This document shows positions 24,243-33,485 of a stretch of DNA of 55,566 nucleotides, piece by piece. The DNA is taken from assembly GCA_903946795.1 (NCBI GenBank), contig CAJAXB010000073.1, positions 1 to 55,566 on the forward strand, read 5' to 3'. The notes under the pieces are model-generated. The model made no database searches. It was not told where the DNA came from and saw only the letters and a program-made list of their open reading frames with translations. How positions within the stretch are numbered: position 1 is the stretch's first letter; each line of letters starts with the position of its first letter. The position numbers and the translations under genes are program-made. The stretch comes from an uncultured Candidatus Saccharibacteria bacterium (GTDB lineage Bacteria; Patescibacteriota; Saccharimonadia; Saccharimonadales; AWTP1-31).

Positions 24243-26609
24243 ATGGACAACAAGCAGCCAATCATACCGCCACAGAATACCGATGCTGAAGCCAGCCTAC
24301 TTGGCGCTATTCTTATTGACTCTGATGCGATTGTAAAAATAGCAGATATAATTTCTCCGACGGACTTTTATGATGAGCGAAACGGCCGTATATACGAAGC
24401 TATTACGCAACTGTACGAAAAACATAGTCCAATTGATGTGCTTACTTTATCTGACCAGCTTAAAAGCAGTGGATTTATCGATTTTGTCGGGGGAGCAGCC
24501 TACTTAACACAGCTTACCAACTTCGTACCAACAGCCGCTCATGTTGAGCAATATGCAGAAATAGTCTCCCAAAAAGCAATCCGTAGGCGCTTAATCCAGG
24601 TAGCACAAGAAACTGTAACGCTAAGCTACAACGAAGAGCGAAATTTACAAGAGCTTATTGAAGAAGCTGAAACACGGCTTTTTGAAGTTAGTCAAAAACA
24701 CGTAAAACAAGACATAGCGAGCGTTGAATCAGTTTTAAGCGAAAGTTTTGATCGATTAGATGAATTACACAAAGACAAAGGTAAGCTTCGAGGAATCCCT
24801 ACTGGCTTTAAGGATCTCGATAACATATTAGCTGGTTTACAGCGATCCGACCTCTTTATTTTAGCTGCTCGACCTTCTATGGGTAAAGCTCAGCCGCTGG
24901 ATGCTCCAATATTAAAGAAGGATGGCTGGACAACCATGGGAGATCTTAAAATCGGGGACTCGCTTGCATCTATTGACGGCAAAGCATCAAAAGTAATTGG
25001 CATCTTCCCTCAAGGTAAAAAGCAAATATATAGACTGACATTTTCAGACGGTCGCAGTGTCGAAGCAACGGGCGATCACTTGTGGCGTGTGAATTTCCGA
25101 AAATGGGCTCAACCAAAAATACTTACGACGGACGCGCTTATTGAACTACTTGATAAAACACAGTATAAAAAGCGACTATGGATCGATCAGTTTAACGGAA
25201 AGTTCGGTTCAAACAAGAAACTTCCAATAAACCCCTGGGTCCTTGGAATGCTTCTTGGCGATGGAGATTTGCACCATCTACGCGTTTCAACTGCCGAAAA
25301 GTCTGTAGTTTCAAAACTCAAGAAAGAGCTTGGGTCGAACTACGAAGTAAAGTATGCCGGTAAATATGACTACCGGGTTATTAGTCCTACGACAAGGAAT
25401 AATCCTTTGCGTGATACACTACGTCGCATTGGTCTTTGGAATCTCAGTAGTCATGAAAAATTTGTGCCAGAACAATACCTTAACGCGTCGTTGACCGATC
25501 GCATTGCTCTTTTACAAGGACTCATGGATGCAGATGGTTGGGTAGAAAAACATGGAACAGTCAGGTTCTCATCTTCCAGTGAACAGCTTGCTCGTGATGT
25601 CGTAACATTAGCTAGGTCACTTGGGGCTTGGGTTAGCATTAAAAAGAAGCAGCCATTTTTTACTTACAAGAATATACGTAAGCAGGGGCTACCTGCATAT
25701 GTGGTCAATATCGTATATGATAATCCAAAAGCGCTCTTTACGATTCGAGCTAAAAAAGCTCGCGCCAAAACAATGACCAGACAAAAGCGACTTACATTTG
25801 CGAGTATTACGCCAACGAGAAAGGCAGAAGCGCAGTGTATAGCAGTATCTCATCCGGAACACTTGTATATTTCGGAAAACTTTACTGTAACTCATAACAC
25901 AGCATTTTCACTCGGTTTAGCTCACAGTATTGCACTCAAAGCTAAAGAACCGGTACTTATATTTAGTCTTGAAATGAGTAAGGAACAGTTGGTTGACCGA
26001 ATGCTAGCCACTGAATCAGGTGTTGATGCATGGGCTCTACGAACTGGAAATCTGACGGACAGCGACTTTGAAAAAATCGGTCATGCTATGGGATCGTTGT
26101 CTGAAGCCCAGATCTTTATTGATGATACCCCAGGTATAACAGTGAGTGACCTACGAACAAAAGCACGTCGAGAAGCACATATTCGTCCACTCGGACTTAT
26201 AATTGTTGACTACTTACAGCTCATGAGTGGTGGATCACGTTTTGCATCAGATGGTAACCGTGTACAGGAAATTTCAGCAATATCACGAGGTCTCAAGGGA
26301 ATAGCCAGGGAGCTTAATGTGCCTCTTATTGCGCTCAGTCAGTTGAGCCGTAGTGTTGAAAGCCGCACGCCTCAAATTCCGCAGTTGCAGGACCTTCGTG
26401 AATCAGGTTCGATTGAGCAAGATGCCGACGTGGTAGCATTCTTGTATCGAGAGGATTACTACAATCCGGAGTCTGAACGTAAAAACATTATGGATATTTT
26501 TATCAAGAAACATCGTAATGGACCTACTGGCGCAGTTGAACTGTACTTTGACCGTGAAAAACAACGTTTTAGAAGTGTCGACACTCGCCATAGCGATCCG
26601 TTTGCCTAA
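24243..26609 (+). CDS. dnaB: Replicative DNA helicase DnaB, interrupted in the Walker A loop by a 337-aa intein
   Basis: N-domain PPQNTDAEASLLGAIL and linker GIPTGFKDLDN. Walker A is split as AARPSMGK / TAFSLGLA. RecA-fold motifs: IIVDYLQLM, SRGLKGIARELNVPLIALSQLSR and IEQDADVV. The exteins sum to 451 aa. Confidence 0.95.
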   Translation: MDNKQPIIPPQNTDAEASLLGAILIDSDAIVKIADIISPTDFYDERNGRIYEAITQLYEKHSPIDVLTLSDQLKSSGFIDFVGGAAYLTQLTNFVPTAAHVEQYAEIVSQKAIRRRLIQVAQETVTLSYNEERNLQELIEEAETRLFEVSQKHVKQDIASVESVLSESFDRLDELHKDKGKLRGIPTGFKDLDNILAGLQRSDLFILAARPSMGKAQPLDAPILKKDGWTTMGDLKIGDSLASIDGKASKVIGIFPQGKKQIYRLTFSDGRSVEATGDHLWRVNFRKWAQPKILTTDALIELLDKTQYKKRLWIDQFNGKFGSNKKLPINPWVLGMLLGDGDLHHLRVSTAEKSVVSKLKKELGSNYEVKYAGKYDYRVISPTTRNNPLRDTLRRIGLWNLSSHEKFVPEQYLNASLTDRIALLQGLMDADGWVEKHGTVRFSSSSEQLARDVVTLARSLGAWVSIKKKQPFFTYKNIRKQGLPAYVVNIVYDNPKALFTIRAKKARAKTMTRQKRLTFASITPTRKAEAQCIAVSHPEHLYISENFTVTHNTAFSLGLAHSIALKAKEPVLIFSLEMSKEQLVDRMLATESGVDAWALRTGNLTDSDFEKIGHAMGSLSEAQIFIDDTPGITVSDLRTKARREAHIRPLGLIIVDYLQLMSGGSRFASDGNRVQEISAISRGLKGIARELNVPLIALSQLSRSVESRTPQIPQLQDLRESGSIEQDADVVAFLYREDYYNPESERKNIMDIFIKKHRNGPTGAVELYFDREKQRFRSVDTRHSDPFA
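24888..25898 (+). mobile_element. Intein (Ala1; class-3-type W-C-T signature) carrying a LAGLIDADG homing endonuclease domain
   Basis: Starts with AQPLDAPILKKDGWTTMGDL straight after GK and ends in FTVTHN before the +1 Thr. Block B is TGDHLW. Block F has Cys (AQCIAV). Two LAGLIDADG-type motifs are present: LGMLLGDGDL and LQGLMDADGW. Confidence 0.85.
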
Positions 26610-26628
26610 GGATTTTCGCCAGTGAACC

Positions 26629-27888
26629 ATGTCCTGTGACATGGTATACTTTAGCGTATACATTATGGAAGTTAATAAAACCGCTCGAATAATTCGATCT
26701 GAGATTCTCAACCCAGTAATGGGCTTTTCTGCTGTATTTCTTGGAGCTGTTATAACGCTTACATATCGACTTCGCTATCTGCTTCCAGGTTTTAGCCTTC
26801 AAGAAAAAGCCGCCATTACAGCATCAAGCACTGTAAAAGCTATCCTCACTGATCCATTGTACGCGCCTCATAAGATCTTCCAATACCTCATGGGCAAGCT
26901 TGCGCACACTGGCTTTATCGCGATGCGTAGCATTTCTGTACTCATGGGACTAGCTGTTGTCTATCTCTTTTTCTATGCTGCACGTAAATGGTTCAGTTTT
27001 AGAGTTAGTTTACTTGCAACAATTTTGCTTGCAACGTCTGGTTGGTTTGTCTTTGCCGCACGATCTGCAACTACCAGCATCATGAGCTTAAGCCTCATTG
27101 GTGTTGTAGCATTTGGCAGTTGGATAATTAATAACCGATTTCACCGCACACTACTTATTGCAGGCTTTGGGCTCACGCTATGGCTTCTATACGTTCCAGG
27201 TCTCATATGGTTTGTAATATTTGGCACTATTGTGCAACGGGACAAAATTCGTGAAGCAGCGAATCACAACAAAGCGCTTTCTGTTGTACTGCTCCTTGGA
27301 CTGTTGATCCTTCTTGCACCGTTAATCTACACTTTCATTAAGAATCCATATCTTTTACAGTCATATTTTGGTTTTACAACTCGACCGTTTACTAACCTAA
27401 TCAACTTTCCGAAAAATCTCATTAATATTCCGCTGCATCTGTTTATTATGAATAGTAGCAACCCATTACGCTACGCTGGGCGTATGCCAATCCTAGACAT
27501 TTTTACAAGTGTCATGGTTGTACTTGGCATTTATAATTTTTATGTCAACGAGCGACAACTCGACCGCGTACGATTTCTCCTTGGAACAATTTCGCTCGCA
27601 TGTATTCTTATCGCTCTTGGAGGTTCTGTCGGTATTGAAATACTTATCCCATTTGTATATCTGGTTGCAGCCAGTGGAATTGCATACCTCATGAACCAGT
27701 GGTTCATCGTATTTCCAAGTAACCCCATTGCCCGATTCCTTGCCTGGACTATGATTACGTTCATAGTTTTCACTGCGGCTTTCTACAACCTTAAGAGTTA
27801 CTTTGTTGCATGGGCACGAGCTCCAATTACAAAAACCTTTTACAGCATCCAGCCTACAAAACCTGCACCGCGTAACATAATCAAATAG
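26629..27888 (+). CDS. Polytopic membrane protein, possibly a GT-C-fold (PMT_2/ArnT-like) glycosyltransferase; start uncertain
   Basis: About 11 hydrophobic helices, with architecture like the ArnT/PMT family. Alternative ATGs at 26641 and 26665. No diagnostic motif confirmed. Confidence 0.5.
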   Translation: MSCDMVYFSVYIMEVNKTARIIRSEILNPVMGFSAVFLGAVITLTYRLRYLLPGFSLQEKAAITASSTVKAILTDPLYAPHKIFQYLMGKLAHTGFIAMRSISVLMGLAVVYLFFYAARKWFSFRVSLLATILLATSGWFVFAARSATTSIMSLSLIGVVAFGSWIINNRFHRTLLIAGFGLTLWLLYVPGLIWFVIFGTIVQRDKIREAANHNKALSVVLLLGLLILLAPLIYTFIKNPYLLQSYFGFTTRPFTNLINFPKNLINIPLHLFIMNSSNPLRYAGRMPILDIFTSVMVVLGIYNFYVNERQLDRVRFLLGTISLACILIALGGSVGIEILIPFVYLVAASGIAYLMNQWFIVFPSNPIARFLAWTMITFIVFTAAFYNLKSYFVAWARAPITKTFYSIQPTKPAPRNIIK

Positions 27889-27956
27889 AACAGATACAAA
27901 CACTGGCGAACGACCACATCTGTTGGTATACTACTAGGTATAACAAAGGAGAAACA

Positions 27957-28250
27957 ATGAGTCGTTTTGACCAAGCAAAAATGTTGATGAAAGTTAAAAA
28001 GCTTCAGAAAGAATTACAGAAGCAAATTATTACTGTTGAGCAAGGTGATGGTGCTGTAAAGGTTGAGATTACTGGCGAACAAAAGATTAAGCGCATTCAC
28101 ATTGATCCAGAAGCGGTAGATCTCGATGATATTCGTGTCCTTGAACGCTGGGTTGAAGACGCTGTTAAAGATGCAATTTCTCAATCACAAAAACTTGCTG
28201 CAGAAAAAATGCAGCCATTTATGGGCGCCCTTGGCGATCTCGGTCTTTAA
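27957..28250 (+). CDS. ybaB: YbaB/EbfC family nucleoid-associated protein
   Basis: 97 aa with an SD aaaggag. Pattern: KKLQKELQK...VEITGEQKIKRIHIDPEAVD.DD...LE..V..A..DA. It lies directly upstream of recR. Confidence 0.85.
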   Translation: MSRFDQAKMLMKVKKLQKELQKQIITVEQGDGAVKVEITGEQKIKRIHIDPEAVDLDDIRVLERWVEDAVKDAISQSQKLAAEKMQPFMGALGDLGL

Positions 28251-28276
28251 TCCCGAGCTAGAAAACAAAAGAAACT

Positions 28277-28882
28277 ATGCACATATTGCCTCCAGCACTT
28301 GATGACCTTATTGAAGCCTTTGGTTCGTTGCCTGGAGTTGGACCGAAAACTGCAGAACGCTACGCATATTTTATTTTACGGAATGAGCAGCATACTGCAC
28401 GCAAGCTCAGTGATGCACTCACACAACTACACGGCAAGATAGACTACTGTAAAAAAACTTTTGCGCTCGTCGAACATGGGAAAGAATTTTCAGATCTCTA
28501 TACGGATCCGAGCCGTAACAAGAAACTCATTGCCGTTGTCGCTGAACCCTTTGACCTTGTTGCCTTAGAAAAGACAAATGAGTTTAAAGGCACCTACCAC
28601 GTGCTTGGTGGCCTTATATCGCCCATTGACGGTATTGGACCCGACCAACTCCATATTCGTGAACTCATTGCACGCGTGAAAGAAGATGGGGTCGAAGAGA
28701 TTATTCTTGCAACCAACGCGGGAGTAGAAGGCGAGTCTACGGCACTCTACATACAACAACAGCTCCAATATCTTCCAGTACGAATCACTCGCCTAGCACG
28801 AGGCTTACCGGTTGGTGTAGACTTGGAGTATGCAGATCAAATTACGCTCAGTCGAGCACTAGAAGGCAGGCAATCACTATGA
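28277..28882 (+). CDS. recR: Recombination protein RecR (zinc-finger cysteines mostly lost)
   Basis: HhH motif LPGVGPKTAERYAY and Toprim region VVAEPFDLVALE..GTYHVLGG..SP..GIGP...EIILATN..VEGE.TA.YI. At the C4 position it reads YCKKT...FSDLY. Confidence 0.9.
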   Translation: MHILPPALDDLIEAFGSLPGVGPKTAERYAYFILRNEQHTARKLSDALTQLHGKIDYCKKTFALVEHGKEFSDLYTDPSRNKKLIAVVAEPFDLVALEKTNEFKGTYHVLGGLISPIDGIGPDQLHIRELIARVKEDGVEEIILATNAGVEGESTALYIQQQLQYLPVRITRLARGLPVGVDLEYADQITLSRALEGRQSL

Positions 28883-29880
28883 CATACTCACAAGCCGACG
28901 ATATACAAAAACGTATCACCAATGCAAAACACATCGTTATTTTACAAGCAGACAATCCAGATGGAGACAGTCTCGCAAGTGCGCTAGCCCTCGAACACAT
29001 CTTGGGTGATATGGACAAAAACGTATCTCTCTACTGTGGCGTCGATATATCTACCTATATGCACTACATTCCGGGATATGATCGAGTAACAAAAGATCTG
29101 CCTCATGATTTTGATCTCTCTATTCTGGTCGATTGCTCAAGTGCAACACTCCTTGAACAACTTGGCAAAACAAACCAAATGGGTGCTCTACGAACACGTC
29201 CAATGATCATCCTTGATCATCACAAGACTGAAAATGACGTGCCAGTCACCAATACTGCACTTGTTGACGACGCTGCGGTTGCAACTGGTGAGGTAATTTA
29301 CCAGCTCGCAAAACAACTGTCTTGGAAAGTATCAAGTGATGCAGCAAACTTACTTGCTTCATCTGTACTATCTGACTCCCTTGGATTAACTGTTGAATCT
29401 GTTACTGCTCGAAGTATTCATACGTTAGCAGAACTTGTTGAACATGGCGCTAATCTTGCAGCACTTGAAAACAAACGTCGTGAAAGTATGGTAAAGCCGC
29501 TTGAAATTATTGCCTACAAAGGTGTGCTCCTCCAGCGAATAGAGTACTATGCAGATAACAAACTCGCAGTCGTTACGATTCCTTGGGATGAGATTCAAAA
29601 GTATAGCCCTCTGTATAACCCAGCTGTATTGGCACTGGAAGAACTACGATTTGCAGAAGGTGTAAAAATATCTGTAGTGATTAAGCTATATCCTGACGGA
29701 AAGATTACTGGAAAACTCAGAAGTAACCACGGTGCGCCGTTTGCCGGAAAACTATCTGAGCACTTTGGTGGCGGTGGCCATGCAAATGCTGCAGGTTTTA
29801 AGACGTTTGACTGGAAATTCGACGAACTCAAAGCAGAACTTATCAAAGAAGCAACAAGCCTACTGGGAGACACGAAGTAA
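28879..29880 (+). CDS. DHH/DHHA1 phosphoesterase (NrnA-like oligoribonuclease/pAp phosphatase)
   Basis: Motifs DNPDGDSLAS, VDCS, LDHH and GGGHANAAG. Confidence 0.8.
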   Translation: MTYSQADDIQKRITNAKHIVILQADNPDGDSLASALALEHILGDMDKNVSLYCGVDISTYMHYIPGYDRVTKDLPHDFDLSILVDCSSATLLEQLGKTNQMGALRTRPMIILDHHKTENDVPVTNTALVDDAAVATGEVIYQLAKQLSWKVSSDAANLLASSVLSDSLGLTVESVTARSIHTLAELVEHGANLAALENKRRESMVKPLEIIAYKGVLLQRIEYYADNKLAVVTIPWDEIQKYSPLYNPAVLALEELRFAEGVKISVVIKLYPDGKITGKLRSNHGAPFAGKLSEHFGGGGHANAAGFKTFDWKFDELKAELIKEATSLLGDTK

Positions 29881-31271
29881 TGCGACTCTACAACACGATG
29901 ACCAGAAACAAAGAAGCGTTTGTGCCACTCGTGGATGGCAAAGTATCTTTGTACAGTTGTGGACTTACCGTTTACGACGAACCACACATTGGTAACTGGT
30001 CTGTGTACATTGTTTGGGACTTGCTTTCACGCGTTCTTAAAGATGCTGGTTACGACGTTAATCACGTCGAAAACTACACGGACGTAGGTCATCTCGTGAG
30101 CGACGAGGATACTGGTGAAGATAAGATGGTCAAAGCATCGAAGCGCGAAAAGAAATCTGCCTGGGATGTGGCACAACATTATATTAATCGCGCAGAAGAT
30201 GACATGAAGCTACTCAATATCATGCGCCCAACGCACATGCCTCGAGCTACTGATTTTATTCAGCAGCAAATTGATTTTATTAAAGGGCTTGAAGATCGTG
30301 GCTTTACATATGAGATTGCTGATGAAGGAATATACTTTGATACCAGCAAACTAGATGACTACGGCAAGCTTGCCCGACTTGATATAGAAGGTCTGCAGTC
30401 TGGCGCTCGCGTCGACGACAGTGGCAAACGAAATGCGACAGACTTTGCACTCTGGAAGTTCTCACCAAAAGAAGAACAACGTGATATGGAATGGGAAAGT
30501 CCATGGGGCGTTGGCTTTCCTGGTTGGCACATAGAGTGTTCTGCAATGATACGCGAATTGCTCGGAGACACAATCGATATTCACACTGGCGGTATTGACC
30601 ATATTCCAGTGCACCATACAAATGAAATCGCACAGACCGAGTCACTGACTGGTAAACCTTTTGTGCATTACTGGATACATAGGAACTTCATCAAGATAGA
30701 CGGCCATAAAATGAGTAAAAGCCTTGGCAATATCTATACGCTCGAAACCCTACAAGACAAAGGCTTTGCGCCACTTGACTTCAGACTACTCATGCTCCAA
30801 AGCACGTACCATAATGAAAGTAACTTCAGCTGGGAAAATATTGAAGCTGCTAAACAACGTCGCAAGAGTCTTCAGGCATTTGCCGATCTACGCTTCCAAC
30901 TCCAAGACGATGGTATCTCACAAAAAGAACTAGATGAGACGCAAGAATCTATGATAGAAGCACTACAAGATGACCTGAATAGCCCCGAAGCACTTGCGAT
31001 CTTAAGCCAACTAGAAACAAAGGCTATGGCTCAGCTCGTGGCACATGACAGTGAGTTTAGTTCCTTTATTGATTGGCTGGATAGTATTCTTGGGCTCGAT
31101 CTTGCAAGCTCAGAAGATATTACACTGTCCCAGCGTGATTTGCTTGAAAAACGTGAATCAGCTCGGAGGGAACAAGACTTCAAAACATCAGACGACATAC
31201 GCGATGAACTTATGCGGCAGGGAATAGACGTTCGAGATAGTCCGTATGGCTATGTCTGGAGCCGCGTCTAA
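29880..31271 (+). CDS. cysS: Cysteine--tRNA ligase
   Basis: MRLYNTMTRNKEAFVP, CGLTVYDEPHIGN (HIGH), GGIDHIPVHHTNEIAQ and KMSKSLGN. Confidence 0.95.
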   Translation: MRLYNTMTRNKEAFVPLVDGKVSLYSCGLTVYDEPHIGNWSVYIVWDLLSRVLKDAGYDVNHVENYTDVGHLVSDEDTGEDKMVKASKREKKSAWDVAQHYINRAEDDMKLLNIMRPTHMPRATDFIQQQIDFIKGLEDRGFTYEIADEGIYFDTSKLDDYGKLARLDIEGLQSGARVDDSGKRNATDFALWKFSPKEEQRDMEWESPWGVGFPGWHIECSAMIRELLGDTIDIHTGGIDHIPVHHTNEIAQTESLTGKPFVHYWIHRNFIKIDGHKMSKSLGNIYTLETLQDKGFAPLDFRLLMLQSTYHNESNFSWENIEAAKQRRKSLQAFADLRFQLQDDGISQKELDETQESMIEALQDDLNSPEALAILSQLETKAMAQLVAHDSEFSSFIDWLDSILGLDLASSEDITLSQRDLLEKRESARREQDFKTSDDIRDELMRQGIDVRDSPYGYVWSRV

Positions 31272-32341
31272 GCGTGTTTCGCTATTTGCGAGCGATAGTA
31301 ATCGTTTGTGAGTACTTTGAGGCATCCTGCGGCCGGAATAGCTACAATCGCACCTAAGAGTCCACCAAAACTGAGACCAATCAAAGCAGCAATGAATACG
31401 AGCAGAGGCGTGAGTTCACTCTTCCGTGCCTGCACAACTGGCTGAATAGTCATATTTTCAATTTGCTGGTAGACCATGAAGAAGATTGCCATGATCACTG
31501 CTAGTGGTAGTGATGTTAGCGCGCAAACTGCAACAACGATTATGGAACCAGCTGCATTACCAAACATAGGAATTAATCCAGTAAGACACACAACTCCAGC
31601 CAAACCGACGGCGTTCACTGAAACATTGAGGATATTTGATGTTATGAGCATAGCAAGTAACGCAAAGAACGCTGCGATAGATGCAACGACCAACTGACCG
31701 TTTACATACCCCGTTATGACGTTATACATCTGCCGTGCAATACGCTGACTATGTTCGCGCTTAGCTTTAGGTTGTAGCCTCCAGAATCGATCAAGCCATT
31801 TCGGACCTTCCACGATCATCATAAACGTCATGACTAGGACTGCAATGAGTGACAAGACGGTCGAACCAATCCTACCGGCATTTGAAAGTACTGGCTGCGG
31901 TAAATTGCGAACTTTATCGCGAAGGGTGTTTGAAAGCGTATCAACATTATCTTCAAGTTTGTAACGACTTATCAATCGTCCCACTGAAGTATCTGGCTTT
32001 TTGATTTGTTGGACTGTTTCAGGCAGCGTACTAACAAAATTGCCTGTTTGACTGACGAGCGGCGGAATAATGACGAGAAACATACTGACGAGAATTGTTA
32101 GCACGCAAAGATAGGCAACTCCAGTAGCTGCCGCTCGACTTTTAATGCGTAAATGCTTCGTTATACGATCAATGACTGGGTTTAAGGCTATTGCGAGAAA
32201 CAATGAAATTCCAACCAATGCCAGAGCGTGCGAGATTTCTATAAAGACACGAATTGCAATTAACGTTCCGAGTATCATTACGATCACGCGAATGATAGTG
32301 CGGTTAGATACGGTTAATTCTACCTGGGACGGCTTACTCAT
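31268..32341 (-). CDS. AI-2E family (PerM/UPF0118) transporter
   Basis: An 8-TM architecture with a soluble loop and a C-terminal GLLGAIVAIPAAG motif typical of the family. The ATG at 32341 is preferred over the TTG at 32356. It converges on and overlaps the cysS stop by 4 nt. Confidence 0.75.
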   Translation of the reverse strand: MSKPSQVELTVSNRTIIRVIVMILGTLIAIRVFIEISHALALVGISLFLAIALNPVIDRITKHLRIKSRAAATGVAYLCVLTILVSMFLVIIPPLVSQTGNFVSTLPETVQQIKKPDTSVGRLISRYKLEDNVDTLSNTLRDKVRNLPQPVLSNAGRIGSTVLSLIAVLVMTFMMIVEGPKWLDRFWRLQPKAKREHSQRIARQMYNVITGYVNGQLVVASIAAFFALLAMLITSNILNVSVNAVGLAGVVCLTGLIPMFGNAAGSIIVVAVCALTSLPLAVIMAIFFMVYQQIENMTIQPVVQARKSELTPLLVFIAALIGLSFGGLLGAIVAIPAAGCLKVLTNDYYRSQIAKHA

Positions 32342-33485
32342 GACTATAATTATCAAACTTTATTTGCTTCTTTGCAAGTACCGTCCTGTAGTCCTTAAGT
32401 AGTTTTGCTCCGACAGTCGCTACATCAAATTGTTTAATGTATTGACGTTGGGCGTTTCCTAGCTTCTGAGCATGAGTTTTATCTGTTAATAATGCATCGA
32501 TTCTATCTGCAAACGCAGCAGTATCTGCAGGATTAATAAGTGTTTCTTCAATATCGTTTAATACATACCGATAGCCAGGGTTATCTCCACCGAGAACAAC
32601 CCCCGAACCAGAAGCAATTGCTTCGACGACAACAATGCCGAAGCTTTCCCCATACTTACTTGGTAGTACTGCGACTTCTGCTGTAGCGAAATAGTTTTTC
32701 TTATCAGACTCTTTTATAAATCCCGTGCACGTTACGTATGGTTCAAGCTTATGAGTTGCGATATAGCGATCTATCTTTGCTTGCAGTGGTCCCGTGCCAC
32801 AAAGGATGAGTTTACGACCAGTAAATCTATCTGAGCTCACAAGGATTGCAATCGCCTTGAGAAGCTCGAGTGCGCCCTTACGTTCAACGAGTCGTCCAAG
32901 AAAAACAACATTCTGTGTTTTTGCATACGTACGCAGCGCGTGTCCGGCAGCAAAGCTCGAAAGATCAACAGCATTCGCTAAGACCTGTGATTGTATATTC
33001 ATATACTGCCTAGCAAAGGCTTGTGCGGCAGGCGAAACTGAGTAGACCACGTCAATTCGCTTTTTTGTAGCATGCAGCAGCTTACTGAGAATTTGAGCAC
33101 CAATTTGTTGTACACCGCCGGACGGTAAAATATGAAACGTTCCAATAATTGCGGTTTGTGCTGGGGCAGACTGAATGACTCGCGCAACGAATTGTGGGCT
33201 ATACGGCATTTGTACGTGCAAGACATCGAACTGTTCTTTTTGCAGCAGCGCACGTATCGCTTTTCGGGAAGCGAGTAGTGGCATAGCCAGTCTATTTTTA
33301 TTAAATCGCACATGAATATTGCGTGACAGTACGTGCACATTAGGAATATCTTTACGAGTCGTTTCACCAACTATATAGTGCACCTCATGGCCCTGTGATC
33401 GAAACCAATCTCCAAGTGTCAGAATATATTGCTGTACTCCATCCGGACGATCGAGGCCATCATCTAACACAAAACAAATCTTCAT
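32334..33485 (-). CDS. Glycosyltransferase family 4 (GT-B)
   Basis: N-terminus KICFVLDD....GGVQQY. The C-domain reads ESFGIVVVEAIASGS (E-x7-E region). Confidence 0.8.
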   Translation of the reverse strand: MKICFVLDDGLDRPDGVQQYILTLGDWFRSQGHEVHYIVGETTRKDIPNVHVLSRNIHVRFNKNRLAMPLLASRKAIRALLQKEQFDVLHVQMPYSPQFVARVIQSAPAQTAIIGTFHILPSGGVQQIGAQILSKLLHATKKRIDVVYSVSPAAQAFARQYMNIQSQVLANAVDLSSFAAGHALRTYAKTQNVVFLGRLVERKGALELLKAIAILVSSDRFTGRKLILCGTGPLQAKIDRYIATHKLEPYVTCTGFIKESDKKNYFATAEVAVLPSKYGESFGIVVVEAIASGSGVVLGGDNPGYRYVLNDIEETLINPADTAAFADRIDALLTDKTHAQKLGNAQRQYIKQFDVATVGAKLLKDYRTVLAKKQIKFDNYSHE

